DNA of 64,000 nt from a virus. Location: the IMG/VR virus record IMGVR_UViG_3300016472_001104, positions 28,042 to 92,041 of that record, one strand, 5' to 3'. Shown piece by piece: positions 48,021 through 57,354 of this stretch. Made by a program: the position numbers and the translations under genes. Under the pieces are notes generated by a model. It was not told the DNA's origin, ran no database searches, and worked only from the letters and a program-made list of their open reading frames with translations. Within the stretch, counting starts at the first letter, position 1. Each line of letters starts with the position of its first letter.

Positions 48021-48719
48021 GGTTTTCTTTAAAACATTTCTGCTGGTTCTCGCAGCTGGGTGGTGAGGTTTTAAAAGATTATGAAGTTCTTCATCGTCCT
48101 TTGAACCAAATGTTGGTTTTACCTCACCAGTTTCACTATTAAAAATGATGTTATAACCTCCTCTTGCAAGAGTCAATGGAGCTCTTAATAAGGAGAGGTA
48201 ATCAAATCTTCCTGCGCCCAACATTTCTTTATCAAACCAGGAACTTAAAACAAAATTTGAAACGCTGACACTTGATCCACTTACATTTATTTCATAGCTA
48301 AAATCTTCAACAGGATCGCATATTTCGAGGGCAACAAAGGTTTCATCTCCTCTGTTTGCCCAAAGGTTTATGTATGGATTGTAAAAGGTTTCCAAAATTT
48401 CATGTGATAAAACAACAGAAATTGATTTTGATCCTTTTAACACAGTCCCACCGTTGTTTAAAACGGGATTAACAAAAACCCTACCCCAAACTTTTCCATC
48501 AGGATCTTGAGAGTGATAACCCAAAGCGCCAGCTTGATCAGAATCATCAAATAAAACCATTGGAAATCCATCATTTCCATCTATCTTTACATCCCAAGGA
48601 AATCTTTCCAGCGTTGGTCCTGCGTGATCTTTTAGTTGAATTTTGCATGCCTCGACCATCAATTGAAGATCTTCGTTTGAAACTTTTGTAGATTTGTTGA
48701 TGATATTGAAAGTTCTCAT
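48009..48719 (-). CDS. Putative zinc metallopeptidase-like protein
   Basis: ALGYH, LSHEILE (HExxE), EICDPVE, VSNFV. Confidence 0.55.
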   Translation of the reverse strand: MRTFNIINKSTKVSNEDLQLMVEACKIQLKDHAGPTLERFPWDVKIDGNDGFPMVLFDDSDQAGALGYHSQDPDGKVWGRVFVNPVLNNGGTVLKGSKSISVVLSHEILETFYNPYINLWANRGDETFVALEICDPVEDFSYEINVSGSSVSVSNFVLSSWFDKEMLGAGRFDYLSLLRAPLTLARGGYNIIFNSETGEVKPTFGSKDDEELHNLLKPHHPAARTSRNVLKKTSVS

Positions 48720-48779
48720 TGTTTCCCTTACATAAATAGCATGAACTTTTTATAAAAAAAGTGTATTATGAGTTGAATC

Positions 48780-49748
48780 ATGAAAGTAAGAAATGCATTG
48801 TTAACCGGTGGAGCGGGTTTTATCGGAAGCAACTTGGCCGGCGAGCTCCTCAAAAGAGGAGTAAACGTTGATATTGTTGATGATATGTCGAATGGACAGG
48901 TTCAGTTCGTTCCACAGCAACTACAAAATAAGCTAATCATTCATGATTTTGCTTCTAACGTTGTGCTTCAAAGGATCAAGACTGGAATGTATGACGTTGT
49001 TTATCACATTGCAGCTGTTCCAAGGGTTAGTTACTCCGTTGAGCATCCCGTTGAAACAAACGAAATAAACGTAACAAAAACCTTGAAGTTAATGGATGCG
49101 TGTAGGGGAAATGTAAAAAGAATCGTTTTTGCATCATCATCTTCGGTGTATGGAAACACGGACGTTCTACCAACGCCAACGACCTCTAGGAAGAATCCCC
49201 AGTCACCATATGCACTGCAAAAATCAATAATCGAAGATTACCTAAGGTTGTATCACGAGTTGTATGGCCTTGATTCTGTGTGTCTTCGGTTCTTTAACGT
49301 CTTTGGACCCAACCAACTTGGTGACTCTCCATATTCGACAGCTGTGTCTGCGTGGTTGACAGCGATTTATTCAGGAAAGTCGATGAGATCTGACGGTGAC
49401 GGCAGTCAGTCCAGGGACATGTGTTACGTTGATAACGTTGTTGATGCATGTGTTCGTGGAGGTGAGTCTGACTGTGATTTAAAGGCCGAGGTCTTAAACG
49501 TTGCATGTGGTGATAGAACAACGAACAGTGAAATTTTAAAATATCTTTTGTCAAAATTTCCAAACGCAAAATACCATGATGCCCCGTGGAGACCCGGGGA
49601 TGTAATGCACACGTTGGCTGACATCACAAGAACTAATGAAGTTTTAGGTTATGTTCCTATTGTTAAGTTTTGGGAAGGGCTTGACAGAACCATCTCGTGG
49701 TATGAGGAAAACTGGGATCAAATTAAAGGCTTGAGCTTGAAGGCGTGA
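48780..49748 (+). CDS. NAD-dependent NDP-sugar epimerase (WbpP/GalE-like)
   Basis: GGAGFIGS, ASSSSVYG, YALQK, LRFFNVFGP, RPGDVMHTLAD. Confidence 0.9.
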   Translation: MKVRNALLTGGAGFIGSNLAGELLKRGVNVDIVDDMSNGQVQFVPQQLQNKLIIHDFASNVVLQRIKTGMYDVVYHIAAVPRVSYSVEHPVETNEINVTKTLKLMDACRGNVKRIVFASSSSVYGNTDVLPTPTTSRKNPQSPYALQKSIIEDYLRLYHELYGLDSVCLRFFNVFGPNQLGDSPYSTAVSAWLTAIYSGKSMRSDGDGSQSRDMCYVDNVVDACVRGGESDCDLKAEVLNVACGDRTTNSEILKYLLSKFPNAKYHDAPWRPGDVMHTLADITRTNEVLGYVPIVKFWEGLDRTISWYEENWDQIKGLSLKA

Positions 49749-49749
49749 T

Positions 49750-50763
49750 ATGAAAACATACGAAAATTTCACAGAAGCATACGTTGACATCGTAAAAGAT
49801 GTCTACAATAATCCGGAATTTTCATCGTCTCCAAGAGGAATGAAGGTCAAGGAGATCATTGGTTATCAGTTTAGAATCATCAACCCAAGGAACAGAATAC
49901 CTTACGTTGCCGGAAGAGACTTTTCAATTCACTATATGATTGCTGAATTATTGTGGTACCTAAGTGGAAACAATTCTACCTCTTGGATATCAAATTACTC
50001 TTCATTTTGGTCAAAAATATCTGACGATGGTAAGACTGCAAACAGCGCATATGGTGCTAGAATTTTTAAGCCTCATGATAGAATTTCAGCCGGACTCGAT
50101 CCCGATTGGACGCAGTGGAATTATATCATAAATGAGTTGAAATCAGACCCAGACTCAAGGCGTGCTGTTGTTCACATTCGATCCCCTCAGGATTCGATCC
50201 TTGCTTCGCTGGACGTTCCGTGTACGCTATCATTACAATTTTTCCTCAGGAACGATAAGGTACACATGGTCACCTCAATGAGGTCTTCCGATGTTATCCT
50301 CGGTCTTGCCTACGATGTTCCTGCGTTTACTGTTTTTCAAGAGCTACTTGCTCTTCAACTGACTAAAGAGTTGGGTCGACCAATCGGTCTTGGGACGTAC
50401 ACCCACCTCAGCGCCTCTCTACATGTTTACGAGAGGCACTTTAAAATGGTTGAAAAAATATTAGATGAAGATAAAAAGCAAGATTATAGAAATGTTTTAG
50501 AGATGCCACCAATGCAACTCGAAGTACCTTTAAAACAATTGATGAGAGCTGAATCTGAGATTCGTAGGGCACCATCCATAGTTTCTTTGATTGGTACGTT
50601 AAATCAGATTTCATCTGAACCAAACCTCAGAAAAGATTATTGGTTGGATTGGTGTCAGGTTCTAGCCTCTCATAGGGCAACAAAATTAAATGACGTAGAG
50701 ATGGCATCAAAGTTTCTTTCTTCAACATCATTTGAAGGGTACAGGTATTTTTCAAAGCCATGA
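49750..50763 (+). CDS. Thymidylate-synthase-fold enzyme, probably dCMP hydroxymethylase/methylase
   Basis: ELLWYLSG, DSRRAV, VPCT, MRSSD, GLAYD (Asp where ThyA has Asn), SLHVYERH. Confidence 0.75.
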   Translation: MKTYENFTEAYVDIVKDVYNNPEFSSSPRGMKVKEIIGYQFRIINPRNRIPYVAGRDFSIHYMIAELLWYLSGNNSTSWISNYSSFWSKISDDGKTANSAYGARIFKPHDRISAGLDPDWTQWNYIINELKSDPDSRRAVVHIRSPQDSILASLDVPCTLSLQFFLRNDKVHMVTSMRSSDVILGLAYDVPAFTVFQELLALQLTKELGRPIGLGTYTHLSASLHVYERHFKMVEKILDEDKKQDYRNVLEMPPMQLEVPLKQLMRAESEIRRAPSIVSLIGTLNQISSEPNLRKDYWLDWCQVLASHRATKLNDVEMASKFLSSTSFEGYRYFSKP

Positions 50764-51341
50764 CAACGACTTTTACGATATACACCGGTCCAATGTTTTC
50801 TGCAAAGACAACTTCTTTGTTGTCAACGCTTGATAGATTCAAGTACCAAGGAAAAAGAATTGTTTCTTTTAAACCGCAACTTGACGACAGGTACAGTACT
50901 GACAATATTTCAACGCATGGAGGTTGGAAGATCCCAGCAATCTGTGTTAAAAGTGGAACAGACATTTTAGAACACCTTGCTGGACTGGATGAAAATCCCC
51001 ATGTTGTTGCTGTGGATGAAGCCTTCATGATTCCGGGGGTTGCTGAAGTTCTTGTTTGGTTGTACCGCAGTGGATATTCAATTGTCGTTTCAAGCCTTGA
51101 TCTATCTGCTACCGGTAAGCCATTTGAAGAGATTGAAATGATGCTTCCTTGGGCAACGAAAGTTGAAAAGTTGAGTGCTGTATGTGTTGTTTGCAACAGG
51201 GATGCATACTATACGTACAAGAAGCAAATCGGAGGAGATGAAATCGAAGTGGGTGGTTCTGAACTCTATGAACCAAGGTGCCTAAAGTGCCATCCAGCGA
51301 TTCTTAACCCAGAAAGTCTGGTTCCAAGGACACATGACTGA
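50760..51341 (+). CDS. tdk: Thymidine kinase
   Basis: GPMFSAKTT, VDEA, AVCVVC, GGSELYEPRCLKC. Confidence 0.92.
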   Translation: MTTTFTIYTGPMFSAKTTSLLSTLDRFKYQGKRIVSFKPQLDDRYSTDNISTHGGWKIPAICVKSGTDILEHLAGLDENPHVVAVDEAFMIPGVAEVLVWLYRSGYSIVVSSLDLSATGKPFEEIEMMLPWATKVEKLSAVCVVCNRDAYYTYKKQIGGDEIEVGGSELYEPRCLKCHPAILNPESLVPRTHD

Positions 51342-51813
51342 CTCTTTAAACAGGCATAAACAAAAGCTCAGCGTCTTCATGAAGATGTGTAATGAGCTTT
51401 CTACCCTTTCTTACGACACGAAGTACAAGGTTGCATCAATCATTATCACAAAAGATTATCGTGAGGTTTGTGCAATCGGGTACAACGGAGGATACAAAGG
51501 AGGTCCTAACGAAAGATCTTCGTTGGAACAAGGAAAGTCTGGTTTTCTTCATGCGGAAGAGAATGCATTGTTTCACCTCTGCAAACCTTATGAATTAAGA
51601 GGCGATCTTTTGATGATTTGTACGCATAAGCCGTGTTCAATGTGTGCAAGAAGGATCGTAAATAGTGGAATAAAAAACGTGATTTATTACGATGACTATG
51701 TTGATGCCGAAGCAGCGACAGATCACATTTTTGAGGTATCAGGAACCAAGTGCGTTAAATTTGATTGTCTTTTGCAGAATCCTGGGTCACTTGTGAAAAT
51801 TCGTGAGACTTGA
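51334..51813 (+). CDS. dCMP deaminase
   Basis: GYNG, HAEENAL, PCSMCAR. Confidence 0.9.
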   Translation: MTDSLNRHKQKLSVFMKMCNELSTLSYDTKYKVASIIITKDYREVCAIGYNGGYKGGPNERSSLEQGKSGFLHAEENALFHLCKPYELRGDLLMICTHKPCSMCARRIVNSGIKNVIYYDDYVDAEAATDHIFEVSGTKCVKFDCLLQNPGSLVKIRET

Positions 51814-51840
51814 TCGATAATTACTTTACGTGGAGTTGTC

Positions 51841-52188
51841 ATGAAACAAAGGCTTACGGAAAGATACATCATCAATCTCATGAGAGAAGAATGGACAAAG
51901 AAGGTCAATTCTTTGATTGAAAAAAAATCAAAACCAAAAAAGTCTAATAAACCAGGTGATAGTTTAACCCTTCAGATCGATGTTGATGGCGACGGCAAAC
52001 CAGAAAACGTAATTGATCAAGGATTTAAGGTAGAAAAAATAAACGATCCTATGTCTGGATTGGTTTATGATGTTGAATCTATTGATTATCCCAATAAAAA
52101 GGTTACTTTAAAACGTACCGATGATACGGGAACTAAGGTGTTTACCGTACCTTTTGAAGATTTTAAACAACAGTATGGAAGAAAGTGA
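51841..52188 (+). CDS. Hypothetical protein with shared N-terminal motif
   Basis: RLTERYIINLMREEW; ATAATTA and GGAG upstream. Confidence 0.65.
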   Translation: MKQRLTERYIINLMREEWTKKVNSLIEKKSKPKKSNKPGDSLTLQIDVDGDGKPENVIDQGFKVEKINDPMSGLVYDVESIDYPNKKVTLKRTDDTGTKVFTVPFEDFKQQYGRK

Positions 52189-52928
52189 TGAGCAACATGG
52201 ATAAAAAAATAATCGATAACGCACTTGACCTTTTGCTCAAACAGACGGTTAAGAAGGCAATTACTGAGCAAACTGCCTCGTTACCTGAAGTTGAATCTTT
52301 AAATGAGGCATACGTTGCTGAACCTAAGGTCTTCAAACAGGTTTCAGAATTTTCAACGCAAAAGACAAAGGATGCTCACACCAACTTATACAAAGGATAT
52401 ATTGAGACCCTGAATAAAGTTTCTGCAAAACTTGATTCTGTCGACAAATCTTCAGCCGATTCAAAACATTCAGATTATCGATCATTAAAGTTAGATGAGG
52501 TCTATAACCTTAACGCTTCGTGGTTGCATGAACTTTATTTTGCAAATGCATTTGATCCTCACTCAGAGATAACGATGGATTCAATGTCATACATGAGGTT
52601 GGAGCGTGATTTCGGAACATTTGAAGAATGGCAGCAGGACTTCATGGCATGTGCACTCTCGGCTGGATCTGGTTGGGCAGTTTGTGGATATCACATGTTT
52701 CTTCAACGTTATGTCAACACCGTAGTGAGTCATCACAGCGGCGATGTCATGCTTGGCCTTTACCCGGTCATCGTCGTTGATATGTGGGAACACGCATATT
52801 ATAGGGACTACCTCACCGACAAGAAAAGCCATTTAATCGCCAGGATGCGTGAATTTGATTGGAATGTCATAGAGGAGCGTTTCAACAAGGCAGAATCAAT
52901 TGCACAAGTTTTGAAGGTGAAATCATGA
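52188..52928 (+). CDS. Fe/Mn superoxide dismutase-like protein with N-terminal extension
   Basis: AHTNLYKGY, LHELYF, GSGWAV, DMWEHAYY. Confidence 0.82.
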   Translation: MSNMDKKIIDNALDLLLKQTVKKAITEQTASLPEVESLNEAYVAEPKVFKQVSEFSTQKTKDAHTNLYKGYIETLNKVSAKLDSVDKSSADSKHSDYRSLKLDEVYNLNASWLHELYFANAFDPHSEITMDSMSYMRLERDFGTFEEWQQDFMACALSAGSGWAVCGYHMFLQRYVNTVVSHHSGDVMLGLYPVIVVDMWEHAYYRDYLTDKKSHLIARMREFDWNVIEERFNKAESIAQVLKVKS

Positions 52929-53491
52929 CAAAGAGAATCAACGTTACCTCGTTGAAGAAGCTCATCAAGGAACAGGTCCGTTCTGTTCTGAAAGAAGAGA
53001 AAGAGGAAAAGCTTTTAGAGGATTCACTCGATCAACAGATCGATGATTTTTTTGCTGATTACGAGTCTGAAGCCAAGGTAAAGAAAAACGAAGGGTTTGA
53101 TTTCCATTCAATGACAAGAAGGTTTTTAACAACGTTGAATGAAGCAGAGGATGAAGAAAAACCTGAAGAAGACAAAGAAGAAGACGAAGAAGAAGGCGAA
53201 GAAGACAAGAAGAAATTAACCTCCGAGGATATCGATATTGAGGAGTTTGCCGGTAGCGTAGTAAGGCTCATCGACAACTATGATTCATTGCTTGAGGTGA
53301 GAAACACGATAGCAAGAAGGGCAATGAACTTCCTTTCAAAGAATTATGACGAAAGTGTCGTGAATGAGTTTAAACTTGTTCTGCAGGACCAACACGATAT
53401 TGAGGTTGGAAAATCAAAATCTGACGTTGAAGATCAAAAATTTCCTGCGCCATTCGCCGCGAGGTCGGGAGGCACCGGAGGTGGTGCTTGA
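52925..53491 (+). CDS. Acidic hypothetical protein with shared N-terminal motif
   Basis: SLKKLIKEQVRSVLKEE; poly-Glu tract after LNE. Confidence 0.7.
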   Translation: MTKRINVTSLKKLIKEQVRSVLKEEKEEKLLEDSLDQQIDDFFADYESEAKVKKNEGFDFHSMTRRFLTTLNEAEDEEKPEEDKEEDEEEGEEDKKKLTSEDIDIEEFAGSVVRLIDNYDSLLEVRNTIARRAMNFLSKNYDESVVNEFKLVLQDQHDIEVGKSKSDVEDQKFPAPFAARSGGTGGGA

Positions 53492-53844
53492 TAAGAACTG
53501 ATGTTTTATACGATAAGAAGTGCATTCACGTGAAATTAACGAAGGATGTTCACTTACGGCTTAGAGAGAAGCTTTTTCAATATCAACTATCGATGCAATC
53601 GATTTTTGATGAATTTGCCCGTCTCATCATAAATGATGACAAGGTCGCACTAAAAATTTTAGAAGAACTTGCCATTAGAAAGATAAAAGAAGAGCTAGAG
53701 AAACCGGTAAAGAAGCCTGGGCCATATAATCGTGATGGTATTAGTGAACTAGATCATAATACGTTGTATAATATGATCAACTCAGATGACTCAGGAAAAA
53801 AAAGAAGAACCGACCCAAACGAAGACGAAGATGAAACTCTTTGA
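53488..53844 (+). CDS. Hypothetical protein (possible ribbon-helix-helix)
   Basis: IHVKLTKDVHLRLREKL...SMQSIFDE. Confidence 0.55.
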   Translation: MIRTDVLYDKKCIHVKLTKDVHLRLREKLFQYQLSMQSIFDEFARLIINDDKVALKILEELAIRKIKEELEKPVKKPGPYNRDGISELDHNTLYNMINSDDSGKKRRTDPNEDEDETL

Positions 53845-54091
53845 TTACATCTTTGAGTCATCAATCAAATCATCAAAAACAATCATTGACATAGTGAATA
53901 GCTTGGTCACTATAGTCGAAGATATTAACCTTTTGAGGATTTCTGTTGTAAACCTATCAAAGATCATTCAAATACATCAGGATGCGATAGAAGATATTTG
54001 CAGGGTTCTTGAACAATCTGCTACAAACACAAAAAAAGGCGAAGACATTTTCGTGAACGCAAAAGACACAAAAAAGGACAAACCAAATTGA
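53831..54091 (+). CDS. Hypothetical coiled-coil protein
   Basis: ORF coupled to both neighbours. Confidence 0.55.
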   Translation: MKLFDYIFESSIKSSKTIIDIVNSLVTIVEDINLLRISVVNLSKIIQIHQDAIEDICRVLEQSATNTKKGEDIFVNAKDTKKDKPN

Positions 54092-54477
54092 AACTCTGGG
54101 AAAAAATCACAACGTTTTTAAAAAAACATTGGCAATACGTCGTTCTTTTTTTCGGTGGCATCATCGGACTTCTTACGGTTTGGAAAAAACCTGAATCAGG
54201 TGGGACAAAAACGTTAAGAGATCAAAGGGACAAGCAACTCGATGACATCGATAAGGTGCGCGCCGGTGAAAGGTCTCAGCAAGATGCCGCTGATAAAAAA
54301 CTTGAAAATGATCTTGCATCAATTGAGCAGCAATACGAACAAAACAAAAAAGAACTTGATGATAAAAAGAAAGATCAAATAAAAACGATCCTAAAGGAAC
54401 ATGGCGATGATCCTGTCGGTCTTGCAAAAAAACTTTCTGATGTCACCGGATTTAGAGTAATCATGCCTGAGGAGTGA
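54088..54477 (+). CDS. Membrane-anchored coiled-coil protein (i-spanin-like)
   Basis: N-terminal TM YVVLFFGGIIGLLTVW followed by a charged coiled coil. Confidence 0.5.
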   Translation: MKLWEKITTFLKKHWQYVVLFFGGIIGLLTVWKKPESGGTKTLRDQRDKQLDDIDKVRAGERSQQDAADKKLENDLASIEQQYEQNKKELDDKKKDQIKTILKEHGDDPVGLAKKLSDVTGFRVIMPEE

Positions 54478-54480
54478 AAC

Positions 54481-55029
54481 ATGAACAATAAAATCATCGC
54501 GTTTTTTTTGCTAATCACACAATTGTTTTCAATTACGTCTTTTGCCGGTGATGGTGTCCCAAGCCCAGACCCAGAACCACCAAAACCATCTACGAGGTTG
54601 CCTGCACCTCCGCAGTTGACCAAGGACGAAATTGACGTTGGTGAGGCAATATCACCAATGAAAAAAGGTCAAATTGCTCCGTTCACCGGCGTCTTGTTGT
54701 CGCCGGCCGCCGTGGCAAAAGTCATTGCGGATATTGAATCTAGGAATGATGCAATAAAGGTAGAGGTTAAAAAGGCAACATCAACCTTGCAGGCTCGCCA
54801 CGATCACGAAAAGACAGTGATAAACATCAGGAATGAAGCTGACACAAAGATATTCAAGTCCAGGATCGATCAACAAAAGAGAGAAATTGATAGCCTTGAA
54901 TTTCAAATAAAAAACGAAAGAGAGGATCGTCCAAATCCAGCAACGTGGACAGCAATTGGATTGGCAACAGGCGTTGTTCTCTCAACGTTGGCTGCCGTCC
55001 TAATTGTTTCAGTTTCTCAAAATAATTAA
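54481..55029 (+). CDS. Exported protein with Pro-rich linker and C-terminal TM (possible spanin partner)
   Basis: Signal peptide ending SFA, Pro-rich segment, APFTGVLLS, coiled coil, C-terminal hydrophobic helix. Confidence 0.5.
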   Translation: MNNKIIAFFLLITQLFSITSFAGDGVPSPDPEPPKPSTRLPAPPQLTKDEIDVGEAISPMKKGQIAPFTGVLLSPAAVAKVIADIESRNDAIKVEVKKATSTLQARHDHEKTVINIRNEADTKIFKSRIDQQKREIDSLEFQIKNEREDRPNPATWTAIGLATGVVLSTLAAVLIVSVSQNN

Positions 55030-55033
55030 GAAG

Positions 55034-55363
55034 ATGAAGGTAACAAAAATGAAAAAATCAATTCCTTGGTGGTGGATGAGAAACGATAAAGGTCTACAAT
55101 CTGTCTCTGTCACTTTTGCAGCCGTGTCTTTTATTGTAACGACACTCGTGTATCTTGGTTCTGCGTTTGAAAAGATAGGATCAGTCACGTTCAGGCATTT
55201 TGATGTGTCTGCCGCAATGACGTACTTCATTCCAGCAATTTCACTTTACTTCGGTAGGAAGCTTACTGACGCAAAGTATTCAGTTCCACAGGTGATTCAA
55301 CAAAATGTTTCTGTTGAACCGCAACAAAATGTTTCCATGGAACAAAACGAATCTCAAGAATAA
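55034..55363 (+). CDS. Two-TM holin-like protein
   Basis: Two hydrophobic helices, YFGRK, two possible starts (55034, 55049). Confidence 0.5.
   Translation: MKVTKMKKSIPWWWMRNDKGLQSVSVTFAAVSFIVTTLVYLGSAFEKIGSVTFRHFDVSAAMTYFIPAISLYFGRKLTDAKYSVPQVIQQNVSVEPQQNVSMEQNESQE
55298..55343 (+). repeat. 24-nt tandem duplication
   Basis: CAACAAAATGTTTC repeated at 24-nt spacing, encoding QQNVSVEP/QQNVSMEQ. Confidence 0.8.
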
Positions 55364-55380
55364 TACTTATCGTCATTAAC

Positions 55381-56565
55381 ATGCGCAAGGTATTGATCAC
55401 TGAATCATCGTTAAGGGATTTGTTGCGAGAGTTGATGAATTCTCACGCACCAATATTTCCAAATCCTGTAGTTGATCCTCAGGCAGCAGAAACAAATCCA
55501 ACAAATATTAATTTTGTTCCTGATGACAAGACAGAGCTGCTATCTGCGTTGAGGATGTTGATAACCAACGTTGATGATGAAAACGTTCCACAAGTGTATG
55601 TTGCCATAAAAGATGCAATAGAAAAAGAGGAAGAAGAAATGAAGGGCACAAAAGCTGAAGCAATCATTCGTAGTGCGGTAAGAAAAATTTTGAAGGAATC
55701 TTTTTTAAGTGAAGAAACTGCGGCCGAAAAACGTGAAAGACTTTCAAAAATTGCTCACTCGAAGCCAACTTATATGTTGGTAAGCCCAGAAATTGCAGAA
55801 GAATTTAATGTCACCTCCGTCGAGACCGTCGGTGATAAGGTCAAAGTAGATATTTCATCACTAACTGCGGATCAGAGAGTGGGATTAATTGCAGCAAATA
55901 GAAAAGCAGGCACGTTTAGTAAGCCTGGTGAATTAGGTAAAAGTCCTTCACAAGAAGAGAAATACCAAAAGTTCTTAAAGAGTTCTGCTGAATTAAGAGA
56001 AAAATTAAATAGTTCGACGTATTTACAAGACCAAGAAAAAAAGATTGTCTTGGATTATCTTGAAAGTGGGCAGGTAGAAGGAAAAAATATTTATGAAGGA
56101 CTTGAAGCATCCATGCAAGGTGCTAATGTTAAGTCAGCAGCACATAGGTTTTTTAAAGCGTTTAATAATGTTAAAGATGTTATTACCGCCGCGAAGAACG
56201 AAGGAAAAATTTCTGAAGATGAATTTAATTTTTATTTGACTCCATCTATTCTAATAAACGGAAAACTTTTTTCTAAAGCTTTTAAAGGAAATTTTAATGA
56301 ATTTTCGCAAAAATTAGGTTTAAGTATTTTGAAGAGTATAACTGAAAAGGGATATTATTCTGGTGAAGGTGAATCTTTACAAAAGATAGCAGATGAAATT
56401 GGTTTATCCGTCGCTGCAGTTAGAAAAATTTCTTTAATAGCTTTAGGTAAATTTGTGATAACTTTAACAGTTTTAGGTAATGAGTCAGAATTTATGCAAT
56501 ATCTAGACGTAGTTGATCCGGAAGATATTGTCAAATATTCAGCATTGAACCCTGAATCAAAATAA
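55381..56565 (+). CDS. Hypothetical protein with shared N-terminal motif and C-terminal sigma70-region-4-like HTH
   Basis: ITESSLRDLLRELM; SLQKIADEIGLSVAAVRKISLIALGKF. Confidence 0.6.
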   Translation: MRKVLITESSLRDLLRELMNSHAPIFPNPVVDPQAAETNPTNINFVPDDKTELLSALRMLITNVDDENVPQVYVAIKDAIEKEEEEMKGTKAEAIIRSAVRKILKESFLSEETAAEKRERLSKIAHSKPTYMLVSPEIAEEFNVTSVETVGDKVKVDISSLTADQRVGLIAANRKAGTFSKPGELGKSPSQEEKYQKFLKSSAELREKLNSSTYLQDQEKKIVLDYLESGQVEGKNIYEGLEASMQGANVKSAAHRFFKAFNNVKDVITAAKNEGKISEDEFNFYLTPSILINGKLFSKAFKGNFNEFSQKLGLSILKSITEKGYYSGEGESLQKIADEIGLSVAAVRKISLIALGKFVITLTVLGNESEFMQYLDVVDPEDIVKYSALNPESK

Positions 56566-56596
56566 AACTTTAAATGCTCACCGCGGAACCTTATCG

Positions 56597-57346
56597 ATGA
56601 ATACAATTGTAGCAGCAATTCAATTTGAGCCGAAGATACTTGAGGTTCATGATAACCTTGGCGCCGCGGTGCAACTTGTTCATGAAGCCGCCGCGAAAGG
56701 TGCGTCTGTCATCGTTCTTCCTGAGTTGTGTACAAGTGGTTATGCATTGACCGGTCCCGGTGAGGCAATGAGTTGTGCGCAAACGCGTGATGGTTACCAA
56801 ACACAGGCATTCACCGGAATTGCACGTAACTACAATTGCCATGTTGTCATGGGATACGTAGAGTTAAAAGAGGGATTGTTATATAATTCTGCGGCAATCA
56901 TCGGACCTAGAGGACTGGAAGCGAATGTTCAGAAGCACAACCTGTGGGGTAACGATTACCTTTGGGCGTCTCCATCGGAGAACATAAACCCTGTTGTTTT
57001 GACTCGCGCTGGAAGGCTGGGCACCTTGATTTGCAGGGACGCGATGAACAATTACCGTGGTTCATATAAATTCTATAATGAGAATCACAGGTTTTACAAG
57101 AAGGGATCCGTGGACACATTGGCCTTGTTGACAAATTGGAGTGGAGATTACGGATACCCAGATAGTTGTTGGGTAGATCTTGCTGAGCAAACTTGCTCGA
57201 ACGTCGTTGTTTCCAACAGGGTTGGCAAGGAGAGAGATCTCACCTTCAAGGGTGGTTCCTGCGTCATTGACAGGAATCAAAAGGTTTGGTCAAATGGTTC
57301 ATCGTTCTCTGAGTCTGCGGTTGTCGGAGGAATGGTAATCATTTGA
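56597..57346 (+). CDS. Carbon-nitrogen hydrolase (nitrilase superfamily)
   Basis: VLPELCTSGY (Glu), YNSA, QKHNL (Lys), LICRD (Cys), SNRVG. Confidence 0.88.
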   Translation: MNTIVAAIQFEPKILEVHDNLGAAVQLVHEAAAKGASVIVLPELCTSGYALTGPGEAMSCAQTRDGYQTQAFTGIARNYNCHVVMGYVELKEGLLYNSAAIIGPRGLEANVQKHNLWGNDYLWASPSENINPVVLTRAGRLGTLICRDAMNNYRGSYKFYNENHRFYKKGSVDTLALLTNWSGDYGYPDSCWVDLAEQTCSNVVVSNRVGKERDLTFKGGSCVIDRNQKVWSNGSSFSESAVVGGMVII

Positions 57347-57354
57347 GGACAAAC

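Noticed and set aside
49750-50763. Annotation as ordinary thyA
   Set aside because: Asp at the specificity position and a separate thyX argue against it
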